A DNA stretch of 64,000 bases, from contig CAVUOT010000007.1 in assembly GCA_963743185.1 (NCBI GenBank), positions 24,869-88,868 of the forward strand. Direction: 5' to 3'. Position 1 is the stretch's first letter. Every line of letters starts with the position of its first letter. Below are positions 19,352-28,868 of this stretch, piece after piece. The position numbers and the translations under genes are program-made. Below the pieces are notes generated by a model. The model saw nothing but the letters and a program-made list of their open reading frames with translations. It ran no database searches and had not been told where the DNA came from. This stretch comes from an uncultured Chloroflexia bacterium (GTDB taxonomy: Bacteria; Chloroflexota; Dehalococcoidia; DSTF01; JACRBR01).

Positions 19352-19529
19352 CGTTGCAGCGCAGGGTGCGCCGGCTCGCAGCGTCCACCTCACCTGTTCC
19401 GATCCCAGTAGAGCGCTGAAGGGCACGCCCTGGACAGGGCCGTAGCGCCCGTGTGGACGTTGATTTCGGCCCCTAGTCGCGAGACCAGACTGACCACCTA
19501 TCCAGAACGCAGCATCGTGAACCGGGGCG

Positions 19530-19853
19530 TTAGCCGACGGCCCACTGCAGCACCCACAGCGCCGACATCCCGACGGCGATCGTCGCCCAGACGCTCTTCG
19601 TGGCCCAGGCGACGGCGGCGGCGAGGAGGGCGGCCACGAGCCGCTCGTTGCCGGGGGTGGCGTCGAAGTGGCCGGCGCCGCGCGTGTAGATGACGGCGGG
19701 GAGGATGATCGCCGCGAGCACCGCCGGCGTGACGAAGCGGAGCGCGTCGCGGGCCCCGCGCGGGAGCGCGCTGTGGTGCACGAACACCAGCACCGACAGG
19801 CGAATGCCGTACGTCACGAGGCCCATCGCGGCCACGATGATCCAGAGCCTCAT
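19530..19853 (-). CDS. azlD: AzlD family branched-chain amino acid transport protein
   Basis: ORF 19530..19853. A 107 aa hydrophobic protein that overlaps azlC by 4 nt. Confidence 0.8.
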   Translation of the reverse strand: MRLWIIVAAMGLVTYGIRLSVLVFVHHSALPRGARDALRFVTPAVLAAIILPAVIYTRGAGHFDATPGNERLVAALLAAAVAWATKSVWATIAVGMSALWVLQWAVG

Positions 19854-20593
19854 CCGTCCTCCGATTCGCCGGCGGGCTCCGGCAGCGCGAGCGCGAGGTC
19901 CGTCGCGATGCCCGCCGCCATGCCGACGAGCATCGCCGTCACCAGGCCGGTGCCGTAGGGCCAGCGAAAGCCGATGACGGCGATGGCGCCGGCGATCGCG
20001 GCCGCGGCGACGGCGGGACGGCCCTTGAGGGCGGGCATCAGGAGGGCGAGGAACGTCAGCGGGAGGGCGAAATCGAGCGACCAGCTATCGGGCACGGCGG
20101 CGCCGACGAAGACGCCGACGGCCGTCGAGAGCTGCCACGACGTCCACAGCGCCAGGCCCGAGCCGAAGAAGAACCAGTGCGCGTGCGCCGTGCGCCCGTC
20201 GCGTCGATAGCGCGTGATCGCGGTCGCGTAGGCCTCGTCGGTCAGCAGGTAGGCGAGGAGCCAGCGCCAGCGCGGCGGGAGGTGGTCGGTGTACGGCGCG
20301 AGCGACGCGCTGTACAGCATGTGGCGGGCGTTGACGAGCAGCGCCGTGAGCACGATGATGGCGCCCGGCACGCCGTCGCCGATCTGCCGGACGCCGACGA
20401 ACTGGCTGGCGCCGCCGAAGACGATCGCCGACATCGCCTGCGCCAGCCCGGAGGACAATCCCGTCTTGACCGCGTAGGCGCCGTACGCCAGGCCGAACGG
20501 CACGACGCCGAGCAGCAGCGGCGCCTGCGCATGTACGCCCGCGAGGAACTCGGCGCGTCGCGGCGCCTGCGAGGCCGCCTCCACGTCCTTCAA
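19850..20593 (-). CDS. azlC: AzlC family branched-chain amino acid permease component
   Basis: ORF 19850..20593. Polytopic membrane protein with an AzlC-like N-terminus (FLAGVHAQAPLLLGVVPFGLAYGAYA). Confidence 0.8.
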   Translation of the reverse strand: MKDVEAASQAPRRAEFLAGVHAQAPLLLGVVPFGLAYGAYAVKTGLSSGLAQAMSAIVFGGASQFVGVRQIGDGVPGAIIVLTALLVNARHMLYSASLAPYTDHLPPRWRWLLAYLLTDEAYATAITRYRRDGRTAHAHWFFFGSGLALWTSWQLSTAVGVFVGAAVPDSWSLDFALPLTFLALLMPALKGRPAVAAAAIAGAIAVIGFRWPYGTGLVTAMLVGMAAGIATDLALALPEPAGESEDG

Positions 20594-20842
20594 CGCCGCG
20601 CCGGGCGGCGGCGAGCGTCGCGCGATGCCGTCATCCGGGTCTCTCTCAGCTTCATAACTTGACGCGCTTCATATCTGTTGCGTAATCGTAAACTCTACGC
20701 CGCCGCGGGTGTAATGGCGAAGTGGGGTCGCCGTTTTGGTTTGTGTCGAAGGAGGCGGGGCCTTCGATACTAACGGGGACGGCAGCAATGCCGCCCTCGT
20801 TTCGTTGTGCGGGTGCGTCCGTCAGTCGCTCCAGTCTCTCCG

Positions 20843-21619
20843 TCAGGCCTTCGTCGCCGAAACCAGCACGTAGTTTCTCAGCGCCAGGTGGAGCGCGGCG
20901 TATCGGAGAAGCAGTCTGGCGTATCTGAGCACGCCGATCTCCCGGCCGGCGTGCGCGCGCATCCAGCGGCGGGAGTGCCGCGAGAACTCCCTCCAACACT
21001 CCTTCGTCGCGTCGACGATCTCCACGTCCGCGAACCCCGCCTGCTCATACACTCGCCGATACGCGGGCAGATCCCTGACGTAGTTTCGCGAGGGCACCGT
21101 CGGATTCACGCTCGCCGCCCATCGCCGGATGAGGATGTCCGACAGCACGAGGCGGCCCCCCGGCCGCAAGACGCGGACGGCCTCGCGCAGGAACGCCTCA
21201 CGCGTGTGGAAGTGAAAAGCCGCCTCGACGCAGATGACGTTGTCGAAGACGCCATCGCCGAACGCGAGGCGCGTCGCGTCCATCGCGAGAAACGCGCAGC
21301 CCGGCGCGTTGAGCACGCTCTTCTGCAGCTGTTTGCGCGTGACGTCGATCGCAACGACGCGCGACGGCTCGTAGCGGTGCAGGAGATGCGCTGTCGTGCC
21401 GCCCATGCCGCAGGCGGCATCGAGGATCGTCCCTCGCTTCTCCGGGATGAAGGCGAGGAGCCGATCGACCAGGTTCTCGCACGCCTGCTTCTGTGTTCGC
21501 GTGTCTTCCTGCCAGTACCCGAAGTTGTAGAAGCCGCTGTGCTCGTAGTACGCATCGACGAAGGGATCGACGACGGCCGCCTCGTACTCGCCGATCACGG
21601 CGCGCGTCCTGTCACTCAT
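20843..21619 (-). CDS. Class I SAM-dependent methyltransferase
   Basis: C-terminal 258 aa of ORF 20843..23137, starting at ATG 21619 (MSDRTRAVIGEY). Motif I ILDAACGMGG and post-I/II AIDVT...AMDATRLAFGDGVFDNVICVEA. Confidence 0.85.
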   Translation of the reverse strand: MSDRTRAVIGEYEAAVVDPFVDAYYEHSGFYNFGYWQEDTRTQKQACENLVDRLLAFIPEKRGTILDAACGMGGTTAHLLHRYEPSRVVAIDVTRKQLQKSVLNAPGCAFLAMDATRLAFGDGVFDNVICVEAAFHFHTREAFLREAVRVLRPGGRLVLSDILIRRWAASVNPTVPSRNYVRDLPAYRRVYEQAGFADVEIVDATKECWREFSRHSRRWMRAHAGREIGVLRYARLLLRYAALHLALRNYVLVSATKA

Positions 21620-21671
21620 GGCACACGACCTCCGCTCCTTTCCGACGCGGAAAGGCGAGCTCGCGCGATGA

Positions 21672-23307
21672 TCATCCCAGCCACGGCGCCATCGCCGCCA
21701 GTGGCGTGCCTTCGACGGACGGCGTCGCGGCGTCGCGGATCCGGCGGGCGACGATCGGGATGGCGGCGATGAACGCCGCCGACACGACGCCGACGATGAC
21801 GTACGCGACGATCTCGAGCGTGCGGTCACTGAGCGTGTCGAGCCCGAGGATGCGCGAATCGAGCAGCGTGAACGCGCCGTTCCATAGCGCGTGGAAGGCG
21901 ACGGCGAGGCCGAACAGCCCGAGCGCGACGCGGGAGCGCCGGGCCACGGTCCAGTACCACCAGCCGAGCCCGGTGAGGCCGGTGCAGAAGACGTGCAGCG
22001 ACGTGCTGCCGCCGCGCAGCAGCATGATCTGCCACCAGTCCGCGAGGTTGCCCGAGATGCCGTCGAGACCGTAGAGCATCGCCTCGAGGAAGCCGAAGCC
22101 GGCGCCCGCCGCGCGCCCCGAGCATGAACGCCTGGCCGCGGGTCATCGTGCGGCGCAGCATGAAGCGCACGCTCAGGCCCTTGGCGAACTCCTCCGACAG
22201 CGGGGCGAGCAGCGATGCGGTGATCAGCCCGGCGACGAACTGCTCGTTGCGCGAGAGGATGAAGTCGGAGCGCCGGATGACCTCGCTGACGTCGTGCTGC
22301 GATTGCGCGTCGGCGAAGGCGCCGCTGTGGACGAGCAGCAGGACGACGCCGCCGATGCTGCCGATGGACTCGACGTAGATCGCGATCCACGTCGCAACCG
22401 CCATGCTGATCGCGATGGCGAGGGTGAGCTGGCGCCAGGTAACCCAGCGCACGGGGCTGCCGCGCAGTACGGAGCCGCGCCCCGCCATCGCCGCGAAGGT
22501 GAGGCCAGGCAGGGCGGCCGCGGCGACGTGCAGGAGCGGCATCGGCGCCGCGATGGGATCGTTCGACGACATGTTGAGCTGGCCGATGGCGAGCACGCCC
22601 GCGAAAAGCGCAAAACCGAATGCCGCGATCGGCGGGCGGTACTCGCTCGACCCTTCGCCCATCGACGCCGAGATGCCGTGGTAGGTGAGGATCAACCCCG
22701 GCACGAACGACCACATCGCGATGGCGGCGATGGAGATCGCCCGCTGGACGACGCTCTGCTCGACGCCATTGCTCGCGTACGTGGCCTCGCTGTTGATCAG
22801 GAAGAAGAGCGCGAAGATCGCGAAGAGGCCCGAGATGCCGAGCATCACGCCGTACGCCGAGCCGAGCAGCCGCGACCAGCGCGCGAGGCGGCGGATGGCG
22901 TCCGGGCGCAGCGCCCAGCGCAGGCACATCGCCGCGAGGACGATGCCGAGCACGGTGCTCAGCGTGCCGAACCACAGCAAGTCGCTGAACGCCTGGTACT
23001 CGGCGATGTCCGGCGTGTTCGTCTGCCGCACGACGGGCGCGATCACCAGCATCGCAAAGCCGCACGTGATCAGCACCAGCGAGAGCGGCGCGAAGACGAC
23101 CTTCGCGTACGTCTTCATCGACACGAACATCAGCCACATGCCGAAGACGATGCCAATGCCGAGCGAGACGAAGATCGCCGTCAGCGCCTCGGCCGCATCC
23201 TGGTCGGCATAGGTGAGGTTCACGATGTAGGTTGCCGCGACAGTGAAGCAGACGAAGAGCGTGATCGTGCTGACGGAAGCGCCGGTCCAGCGTGCGATCG
23301 AACGCAC
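21672..23307 (-). CDS. PrsW family intramembrane metalloprotease with a large polytopic N-terminal extension; apparent frameshift near 22100
   Basis: ORF 21826..23307 has many TM helices and ends with LAPLSEEFAKGL (the EExxK motif). It continues in ORF 21672..22079 (GFGFLEAMLYG implied, RGGSTSLHVFCTGLTGLG, AFHALWNG). Confidence 0.7.
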
Positions 23308-23332
23308 GACGCCACGCTGTCGCGGCGGCGCG

Positions 23333-23665
23333 TCAGCGCGCAGTCGATCGCCACGCGGGCGGTGCGACGCTGCCGTCGGTGGGGCCGGTCGAGAACGTGT
23401 AGCGCGGCGCGGCGGCGTGGACCGACGCGGCAGCGGTCACGGGCACCGGTGGCGAGGCGTCCGGCACCGGCGGCGAGACATCCGTTATGGCTGGCGGTGG
23501 GGGCTCCGGCGCCGGGTCCATCGGACATCGTTGACGCTGCGTGTGGAAGCCGCCGCAGCGGCCGCAGGCCGGCGTGCCGGAACCGAAGCGCGGCTGCCGT
23601 GCCGGCGCGCCGTCCGCGTCCGCGGGGCTGGTCTCGCCTGCCGGCCGAGCCATCTCTTGGTCCAT
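23333..23665 (-). CDS. hypothetical Pro-rich protein with a CxxC...C element; possibly the frameshifted N-terminus of the PrsW gene
   Basis: ORF 23333..23665 (GTPACGRCGGFHTQRQRCPMDPAPEPPPPAI...). It lies directly upstream of and co-directional with 21672..23307, in a different frame. Confidence 0.25.
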   Translation of the reverse strand: MDQEMARPAGETSPADADGAPARQPRFGSGTPACGRCGGFHTQRQRCPMDPAPEPPPPAITDVSPPVPDASPPVPVTAAASVHAAAPRYTFSTGPTDGSVAPPAWRSTAR

Positions 23666-23869
23666 GCGCCCCCTGTTGGACGTTCCTCATCGCGAACGGT
23701 ACGCGACCGGCCGCCCGGGTGTACAGCCGGGCGCTTTGAGTATCGGCTCGGGGGACGACGGCGCCGCGTTTAACAGATGTTCAACACATTCGCGAAGGCT
23801 CGTTAATCATCCGCTTCCGATACGTACAGTGACGGGCACTGCCCGAATTCGAATGAAGGACGACCAGCG

Positions 23870-24220
23870 ATGCCGACCTACATCTCGATGCTGAATTGGA
23901 CCGGAACGCCAGAGCCGCGGCCGTACGACGTGCGTGTCGCAGTCCTCCGCCACGACGCCCGCCTGCGCCGGGGCGGCATCCACTCGATCGCCCTCCTCCC
24001 CGACGAGGGTGCGTGCGCGGCGGTGATGGTGACGACGGCCGACGACGAAGCCGCCGCCGCACGCGTCGCGGCGTCGATCCTCCCACAAGCGACCATCCGC
24101 ATCGAATCGATGCGGTTCGACGATGACCCCGCCGAGTCTGCCGGTACACGCGAGGTGGTATGTCCCCCTCCCCCTCGCGACTACCTGAAGGCAGTCCTGA
24201 AGGCCATCGCCAGCGGTTGA
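23870..24220 (+). CDS. GYD domain-containing protein
   Basis: ORF 23870..24220. The MPTYISMLNWTG N-terminus is typical of GYD family proteins. SD GAAGGA lies 8 nt upstream. Confidence 0.55.
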   Translation: MPTYISMLNWTGTPEPRPYDVRVAVLRHDARLRRGGIHSIALLPDEGACAAVMVTTADDEAAAARVAASILPQATIRIESMRFDDDPAESAGTREVVCPPPPRDYLKAVLKAIASG

Positions 24221-24355
24221 ACGCAGCAGTGTTGCGTAGAGGCAGAGACGGCACGCGTTGGGGCGTGCCGTCTTGGCGTTTGGGGTATCGCGCGGCGTCG
24301 GCGCGTCTTCGAACATGACCGCGTCACTAGAGTCACGACGAGTTGGACGAGGCAC

Positions 24356-25126
24356 CTACCGCAGCCGCAGCGCCGCCGCGTGCGCGCGATCTTCGGCGCG
24401 ATCGTCGATCGGCGCGAGGTCTACGTCGCCGTGGACGCGGCGGAGGGCGATGCGGATGATGTGGTCCGCGAGGGCGGGGTTCTTCGGCAGCAGCGAGCCG
24501 TGGATGTACGTGCCGATGGCGTTGCGATAGACCGCGCCCTCGGTGCCGTCCTCGCCGTTGTTGCCGAAGCCGTGGCGGACGCGCGCGAGCGGACGCACTC
24601 GCGGGCCGAGGCGCGTGCGGCCGCCGTGGTTCTCGAAGCCGACGATCTGCCAGGAGCTTGGTGGGAGAGGGTCGGCCGAAGGCCGGGGTGAGGGATCCCA
24701 CTCCGCGACGATGTTGCCGATGAGGCGGCGCGCTCCCGGACCGGGGTGCTCGGTGTGCAGATCGAAGATGCCGACGCCGGGCAGCTCGGCCCCGGACGCC
24801 TCGCGGTAGAAGCGGCCGAAGAGCTGGTAGGCGCCGCATACCGCGAGCAGCGCGACATCCGACTCGACGGCCTCGCGCACGGCGCCGGCTTTCGTCGCGA
24901 GGAGATCGTCGACGACGCCGCGCTGCTCGCGGTCCTGCGCGCCGCCGGCGAAGATCAGGTCGTGCGCCAGCGGGTCGAGCCGATCGCGCAGTCCCAACTC
25001 CGTGAGCTCGAAGCCGATGCCGCGCGCCTCGCAGCGGTGGCGCAGGCACATGATGTTGCCGCGGTCGCCGTAGATGTTCATCAGGCGCGGATAGAGGTGC
25101 GCGACGCGGAGGGTGGGTGCGGTCAT
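24356..25126 (-). CDS. gatD: Lipid II isoglutaminyl synthase, glutamine amidotransferase subunit GatD
   Basis: C-terminal 256 aa of ORF 24356..26605, from ATG 25126 (MTAPTLRVAHLYPRLMNIYGDRGN). CobQ-type GATase with LAVCGAYQL and IGTYIHGSLLPKNP. ATGA overlap with murT. Confidence 0.88.
   Translation of the reverse strand: MTAPTLRVAHLYPRLMNIYGDRGNIMCLRHRCEARGIGFELTELGLRDRLDPLAHDLIFAGGAQDREQRGVVDDLLATKAGAVREAVESDVALLAVCGAYQLFGRFYREASGAELPGVGIFDLHTEHPGPGARRLIGNIVAEWDPSPRPSADPLPPSSWQIVGFENHGGRTRLGPRVRPLARVRHGFGNNGEDGTEGAVYRNAIGTYIHGSLLPKNPALADHIIRIALRRVHGDVDLAPIDDRAEDRAHAAALRLR
24660..24699 (+). repeat. REP-like repeat, partial copy, embedded in frame in gatD
   Basis: ggtgggagagggtcggccgaaggccggggtgagggatccc closely matches GGAGAGGGGTGGCCGAAGGCCGGGGTGAGGTGCC of the copy at 33339-33372. 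On the gatD strand it encodes WDPSPRPSADPLPPSSW, between IGNIVAE and QIVGFENHGGRT. Confidence 0.7.
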
Positions 25127-26605
25127 GCGCCCTCCCAGAACTTGCCGCTGCCGGCGCGCTTCGCCAGCAGCTCGCGTACTTCGAGCATGGCGGTGTACGT
25201 GGGGACGACGTGCAGCGTTTCGCCCGGGGGCGTCGCGTCGAGCGCGCGCTGGAGGGCAGCAGCGGTGTCGCGCTCGACCGGGACGTCGTCGCCGAAGCCG
25301 GCGTACTTGAGGCGCAGCGCGAGGTCTTCGGCGCGGGCGCCGGCCGCCAGCGTCCAGCCCGTGTGCGGCTGCACGGTCTCGTAGTCGACGTCCCAGATCC
25401 ACGAGATGTCGCGGCCGTCGGCGATGCCGTCGTTGAGGAAGAAGAGGATGCGCAGGCGATCGCGTGCGGGTTCGTCCGCCTGCGGCGGGCGCTGCGAATG
25501 GGCGATCGTGCGCAACACCTGGTTCAGCCCCGCCGGATTCTTGCCGAGCAGCACCCGCACGTCGCGGCCGTCGACGTCGAAGCGCTCCTGCCGCCCGAAT
25601 GCGGCGGAGAAGGCGTCGAGCGCGGACACGATCGCGTCGCGCGGCAGCCCGAGCGCGAGCGCGCCCGCCGCCGCCGCAAGCGCGTTGTACGCGTTGTAGA
25701 GGCCTGCGAGCGGAAGCGTGATCGTGAGCTCGCCGTCCGGCGTCGCGATCGTCAGCGACGTCGCTTCGTCGCCGAGCGCGACGTGCGTGATGCTCACGTG
25801 CGGCGTCGGGGCGCGCGTTTCCGCAGGAGGGGCAGCGCCAGTGGCCGACGTGCCCGTAGAACGTTGCGGTGTAGGCGATCTCCGCGCCGCAGTCGAGGCA
25901 GGTGCGGAAGTCGGACGCGTGGTCGTCGCCGGGGCCGGCGGCGGTGATGTCGTCGACGCCGTAGTAGACGACGCGCGCCGTCGCGTTGCGCCCGAGGTGG
26001 GCGACGGCGGGATCGTCCGCGTTCAAGACGATGGTCGCCGCCGCTCCGCTGTCTGCTGTCTGTTGTCTGCCTTTGCCCGTCTGCTCTCTGCTCTCAGCCC
26101 TCTGCTCTCGCCCAAGCGCCCGCTCCCACGAATGCGCCACGGTGTCGACTTCGCCGTAGCGGTCGAGCTGATCGCGGAAGAGGTTGGTGAAGACGATGAC
26201 GTCGGGGGCGACGGCGCGCGCGATCTCGGGCAGGGTCGCTTCATCGACCTCCAGAATGGCGAGGCGATGCTCGGCGTCGGGGATGGCGCCGGCGAGCGTC
26301 GCTTCTTCGACGAGCATCGCCGCGACGCCGCGCATGAGGTTCGAGCCGCTGCGGTTGTGGAGCGGGCGGAGGCCGGCGGCGGAGGCGATGCGGCTGAGCA
26401 TCAGCGACGTCGTCGTCTTGCCGTTCGTGCCGGTGACGGCGATGACGCCCGCGCCGGCCTGCGCGGTCAGCGCGCGTACGAGGCCCGGATCGATGCGCAG
26501 CGCAACGAGCCCGGCGATCGCGGTGCCGCCGCCGCGGCCGAGCAGGCGCGATGCGGCCGCGGCGGCCTTGCCGGCGGCGATAGCGGCGACGGTGCGAGGG
26601 TTCAT
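25123..26605 (-). CDS. murT: Lipid II isoglutaminyl synthase, Mur-ligase-like subunit MurT; apparent frameshift near 25805
   Basis: ORF 24356..26605 N-terminus carries the P-loop VTGTNGKTTT and the Cys4 ribbon CLDCG...CPSCG. The C-terminal (DUF1727-like) part is ORF 25123..25797. The frames join at a GGGG run (25808-25811); one G fewer restores ...CGNARPTPHVSITHV. Confidence 0.88.
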
Positions 26606-26612
26606 GGGTGAA

Positions 26613-26700
26613 GGTTATAGGTTGCAGGTTGTAGGTTGTAGCGCGCGTTCTCAACCGAGCCTCCTCTAGCAACCTGCCACCTGTCCACCTACAACCTGCG
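26613..26700. repeat. Inverted heptad-TAG arrays (GGTTGTA units) forming an intercistronic hairpin
   Basis: The left arm is GGTTATAGGTTGCAGGTTGTAGGTTGTAG and the right arm is CTAGCAACCTGCCACCTGTCCACCTACAACCTGCG. There is a perfect 13-bp pairing between 26624-26636 and 26687-26699. It lies between the SDR stop (26701) and the murT start (26605). Confidence 0.7.
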
Positions 26701-27486
26701 CTAATGCATCTCCTGGCCGCCGGAGATGTTGATCGCCTGGCCGGTCATGTAGTCGGCGTCGTCGCTGGCGAGGAAGGTGATGGCTTTCGCGACGTCCTCG
26801 GGGTAGCCGATGCGGCCGAGCGGGATCGTCGGGAGCACGTTGCCGATGAGGCTCTTGAAGAACGCGTCGTTGTTGTCCAGGCCGAGGCCGGCGCCGCGCA
26901 GGAGCGGCGTGTCGATCGTGCCGGGGCAGACGCAGTTGACGTTGATCTTGTGCGCGCCGACCTCCTTGGCGAAGGCCTGTGTGAAGAGGATGATGCCCGC
27001 CTTCGACGCGCAGTACGGCGTCAGGAACGCGTAGCCGGTCTTGCCGGCCTGCGAGGCGACGCTGATGATGCGCCCGCCGCCGCCCTGCTTGATGAACTGC
27101 TTCGCCGCGAGCTTCGAGCAGAGGAAGACGGACTTGAGGTTGACCGCGATGGTGCGGTCCCAGCCCTCCTCGGGCATGTCGATGATCGGCACGGGCGGGT
27201 TGCCGATGCCGGCGTTGTTGACGAGGATGTCGAGCCGGCCGAACCGCTCGACGGTCTTGTCGAAGAAGCGCTGCACGTCGGCGCTGGAGCTGACGTCGCC
27301 CTGCAACGTGATGTACTCGACGCCGGTGCCGCTCTCGTCGAGCGCCTTCGCGGTCTCGTCGAGGTGCTCCTGCTGGATATCGACGAGCGCGAGCTTCGCG
27401 CCCTCCTTCGCGTAGCGCAGCGCGACGCCGCGGCCGATGCCGCGCCCGCCGCCGGTGATGATGGCGATCTTGTCTTTAAGCAGCAT
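26701..27486 (-). CDS. SDR family oxidoreductase (FabG-like)
   Basis: ORF 26701..27486. ITGGGRGIG cofactor motif, NNAG, and the catalytic YCASKAG (YxxxK). Confidence 0.9.
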   Translation of the reverse strand: MLLKDKIAIITGGGRGIGRGVALRYAKEGAKLALVDIQQEHLDETAKALDESGTGVEYITLQGDVSSSADVQRFFDKTVERFGRLDILVNNAGIGNPPVPIIDMPEEGWDRTIAVNLKSVFLCSKLAAKQFIKQGGGGRIISVASQAGKTGYAFLTPYCASKAGIILFTQAFAKEVGAHKINVNCVCPGTIDTPLLRGAGLGLDNNDAFFKSLIGNVLPTIPLGRIGYPEDVAKAITFLASDDADYMTGQAINISGGQEMH

Positions 27487-27508
27487 GTTCGTGTCCTCCC
27501 AGTGTTCG

Positions 27509-28651
27509 TCACGCGTGCATGAGTTCCAGGTTTGCGCGGAGCTGGTTGTCCGTCACGACGACAAGTCCGAGGTCGCGCAGGAAATCGACGTCCCTCGTGA
27601 GCGTCTTGGGCGTTAATCGCCAGTATAATCGCGCGAGCGGATGACTTCCGTTTCGGATCGAACGCAGAGAGACGGGCTCCTCGAGGCCGGCGATGAGTTC
27701 ATAGAGCCGCGCTCCCGCCTTGGCGGACGACTTACCCGTGCGGATCAACTCCTTCTGGGCAAAGTCACGGTACGCGATCGACGTGAGCGAGCGAAGCACG
27801 TCTGTGGTCGCACTCTCGAGTTCGCTGGCGAGCCCTCGAAGCGCGAACAAGACGAACGGTGTCAGATCGTTGCCTGACCGGAAGCGTGCGTAGTCGAGTC
27901 CGTCGATGTAGGCGTCGCGGTGTTGATAGTAAAAGTTAGCCAGCGAGTAGAATCCGAGCGCGTTGATCCGCGCTTGATACAGGAGGAAGCTTTCAACTGC
28001 TCGCGCCGTGCGTCCGTTTCCGTCACCGAACGGGTGGATACTCACGAAGTAGAAATGCGCGGCAACCGCACGAACGATCGGCGGAAGCGCACGCGCCTCT
28101 CCGCCGTGAAGCCATTGGACGAACTGTCTCATGAGCGAGGTGACTTCGTCATGAGTACGTGGCGGCACATATGTGCCGGCTGAGACGGCGTGACTGCGAT
28201 ACTCGCCCGGTGTGTTGTGCGCGTAGTCGATGCCGGCAGTCGTTAACTCGTGAATGTGCCGGATGACGGATTCGGTCAGCGCTAGACTCGGATCGCTGCT
28301 GAGTGAATCAGCAATGTAGTCCATGACCGCTGCGGCGTTCCGCACCTCCTGCTCTTCGCGTGCGCGAGCGCGCGGCAACACCGGCTCGCCGGGTTCGCTC
28401 TGAAGAATCCTTGCCACCTCCTCTTCCGTAACGTCGGCGCCCTCTATGTCGGTGGTGCCTGCCACGGCACGATGGATGTAGAGGCGGTCAAAATGAGACC
28501 TCACGTCAGGCGGGATAGGGAGACTGCCGTTCACACGCGCAAAAGCATTGGCTTGCGAGATCGCCGCCACGACATGCGGCGAATTCACGTCGATGCGCAT
28601 TCCGAAGGTCACATCCCAAGTCGGCATGTCCGTACTCCATGTCCTTTTCAT
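27509..28651 (-). CDS. Fic family protein (class II, N-terminal inhibitory motif)
   Basis: ORF 27509..28651. The Fic motif HPFGDGNGRTARA matches HxFx(D/E)GNGRxxR. TTDIEGA fits the (S/T)xxxE(G/N) inhibitory helix. GC content is visibly lower than in the flanks. Confidence 0.9.
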   Translation of the reverse strand: MKRTWSTDMPTWDVTFGMRIDVNSPHVVAAISQANAFARVNGSLPIPPDVRSHFDRLYIHRAVAGTTDIEGADVTEEEVARILQSEPGEPVLPRARAREEQEVRNAAAVMDYIADSLSSDPSLALTESVIRHIHELTTAGIDYAHNTPGEYRSHAVSAGTYVPPRTHDEVTSLMRQFVQWLHGGEARALPPIVRAVAAHFYFVSIHPFGDGNGRTARAVESFLLYQARINALGFYSLANFYYQHRDAYIDGLDYARFRSGNDLTPFVLFALRGLASELESATTDVLRSLTSIAYRDFAQKELIRTGKSSAKAGARLYELIAGLEEPVSLRSIRNGSHPLARLYWRLTPKTLTRDVDFLRDLGLVVVTDNQLRANLELMHA

Positions 28652-28868
28652 ATGTCCCGATAAGATACCAGTTTCGAAGCTAGATCAGTCACGATTCCCA
28701 AGCAATGGACTTAGTAGATGTCCTCATTTCATGGTCGAACTTTCCGCTCTCGTCTTGACTCCGATCCGCCACCACCATACGCTGATCTCGAACAGATGAC
28801 CTAGATCTGCGGGCGCCGTCGTATCTGCGCCCTGGTGGAAAGCGGCCCCGTCCCTGGTCACGATTACC

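Noticed and set aside
20843-23137. Single 764 aa protein spanning 20843..23137.
   Set aside because: Only the last 258 aa (the methyltransferase) are protein-like. The upstream part is the shadow of the PrsW gene read in a different frame.
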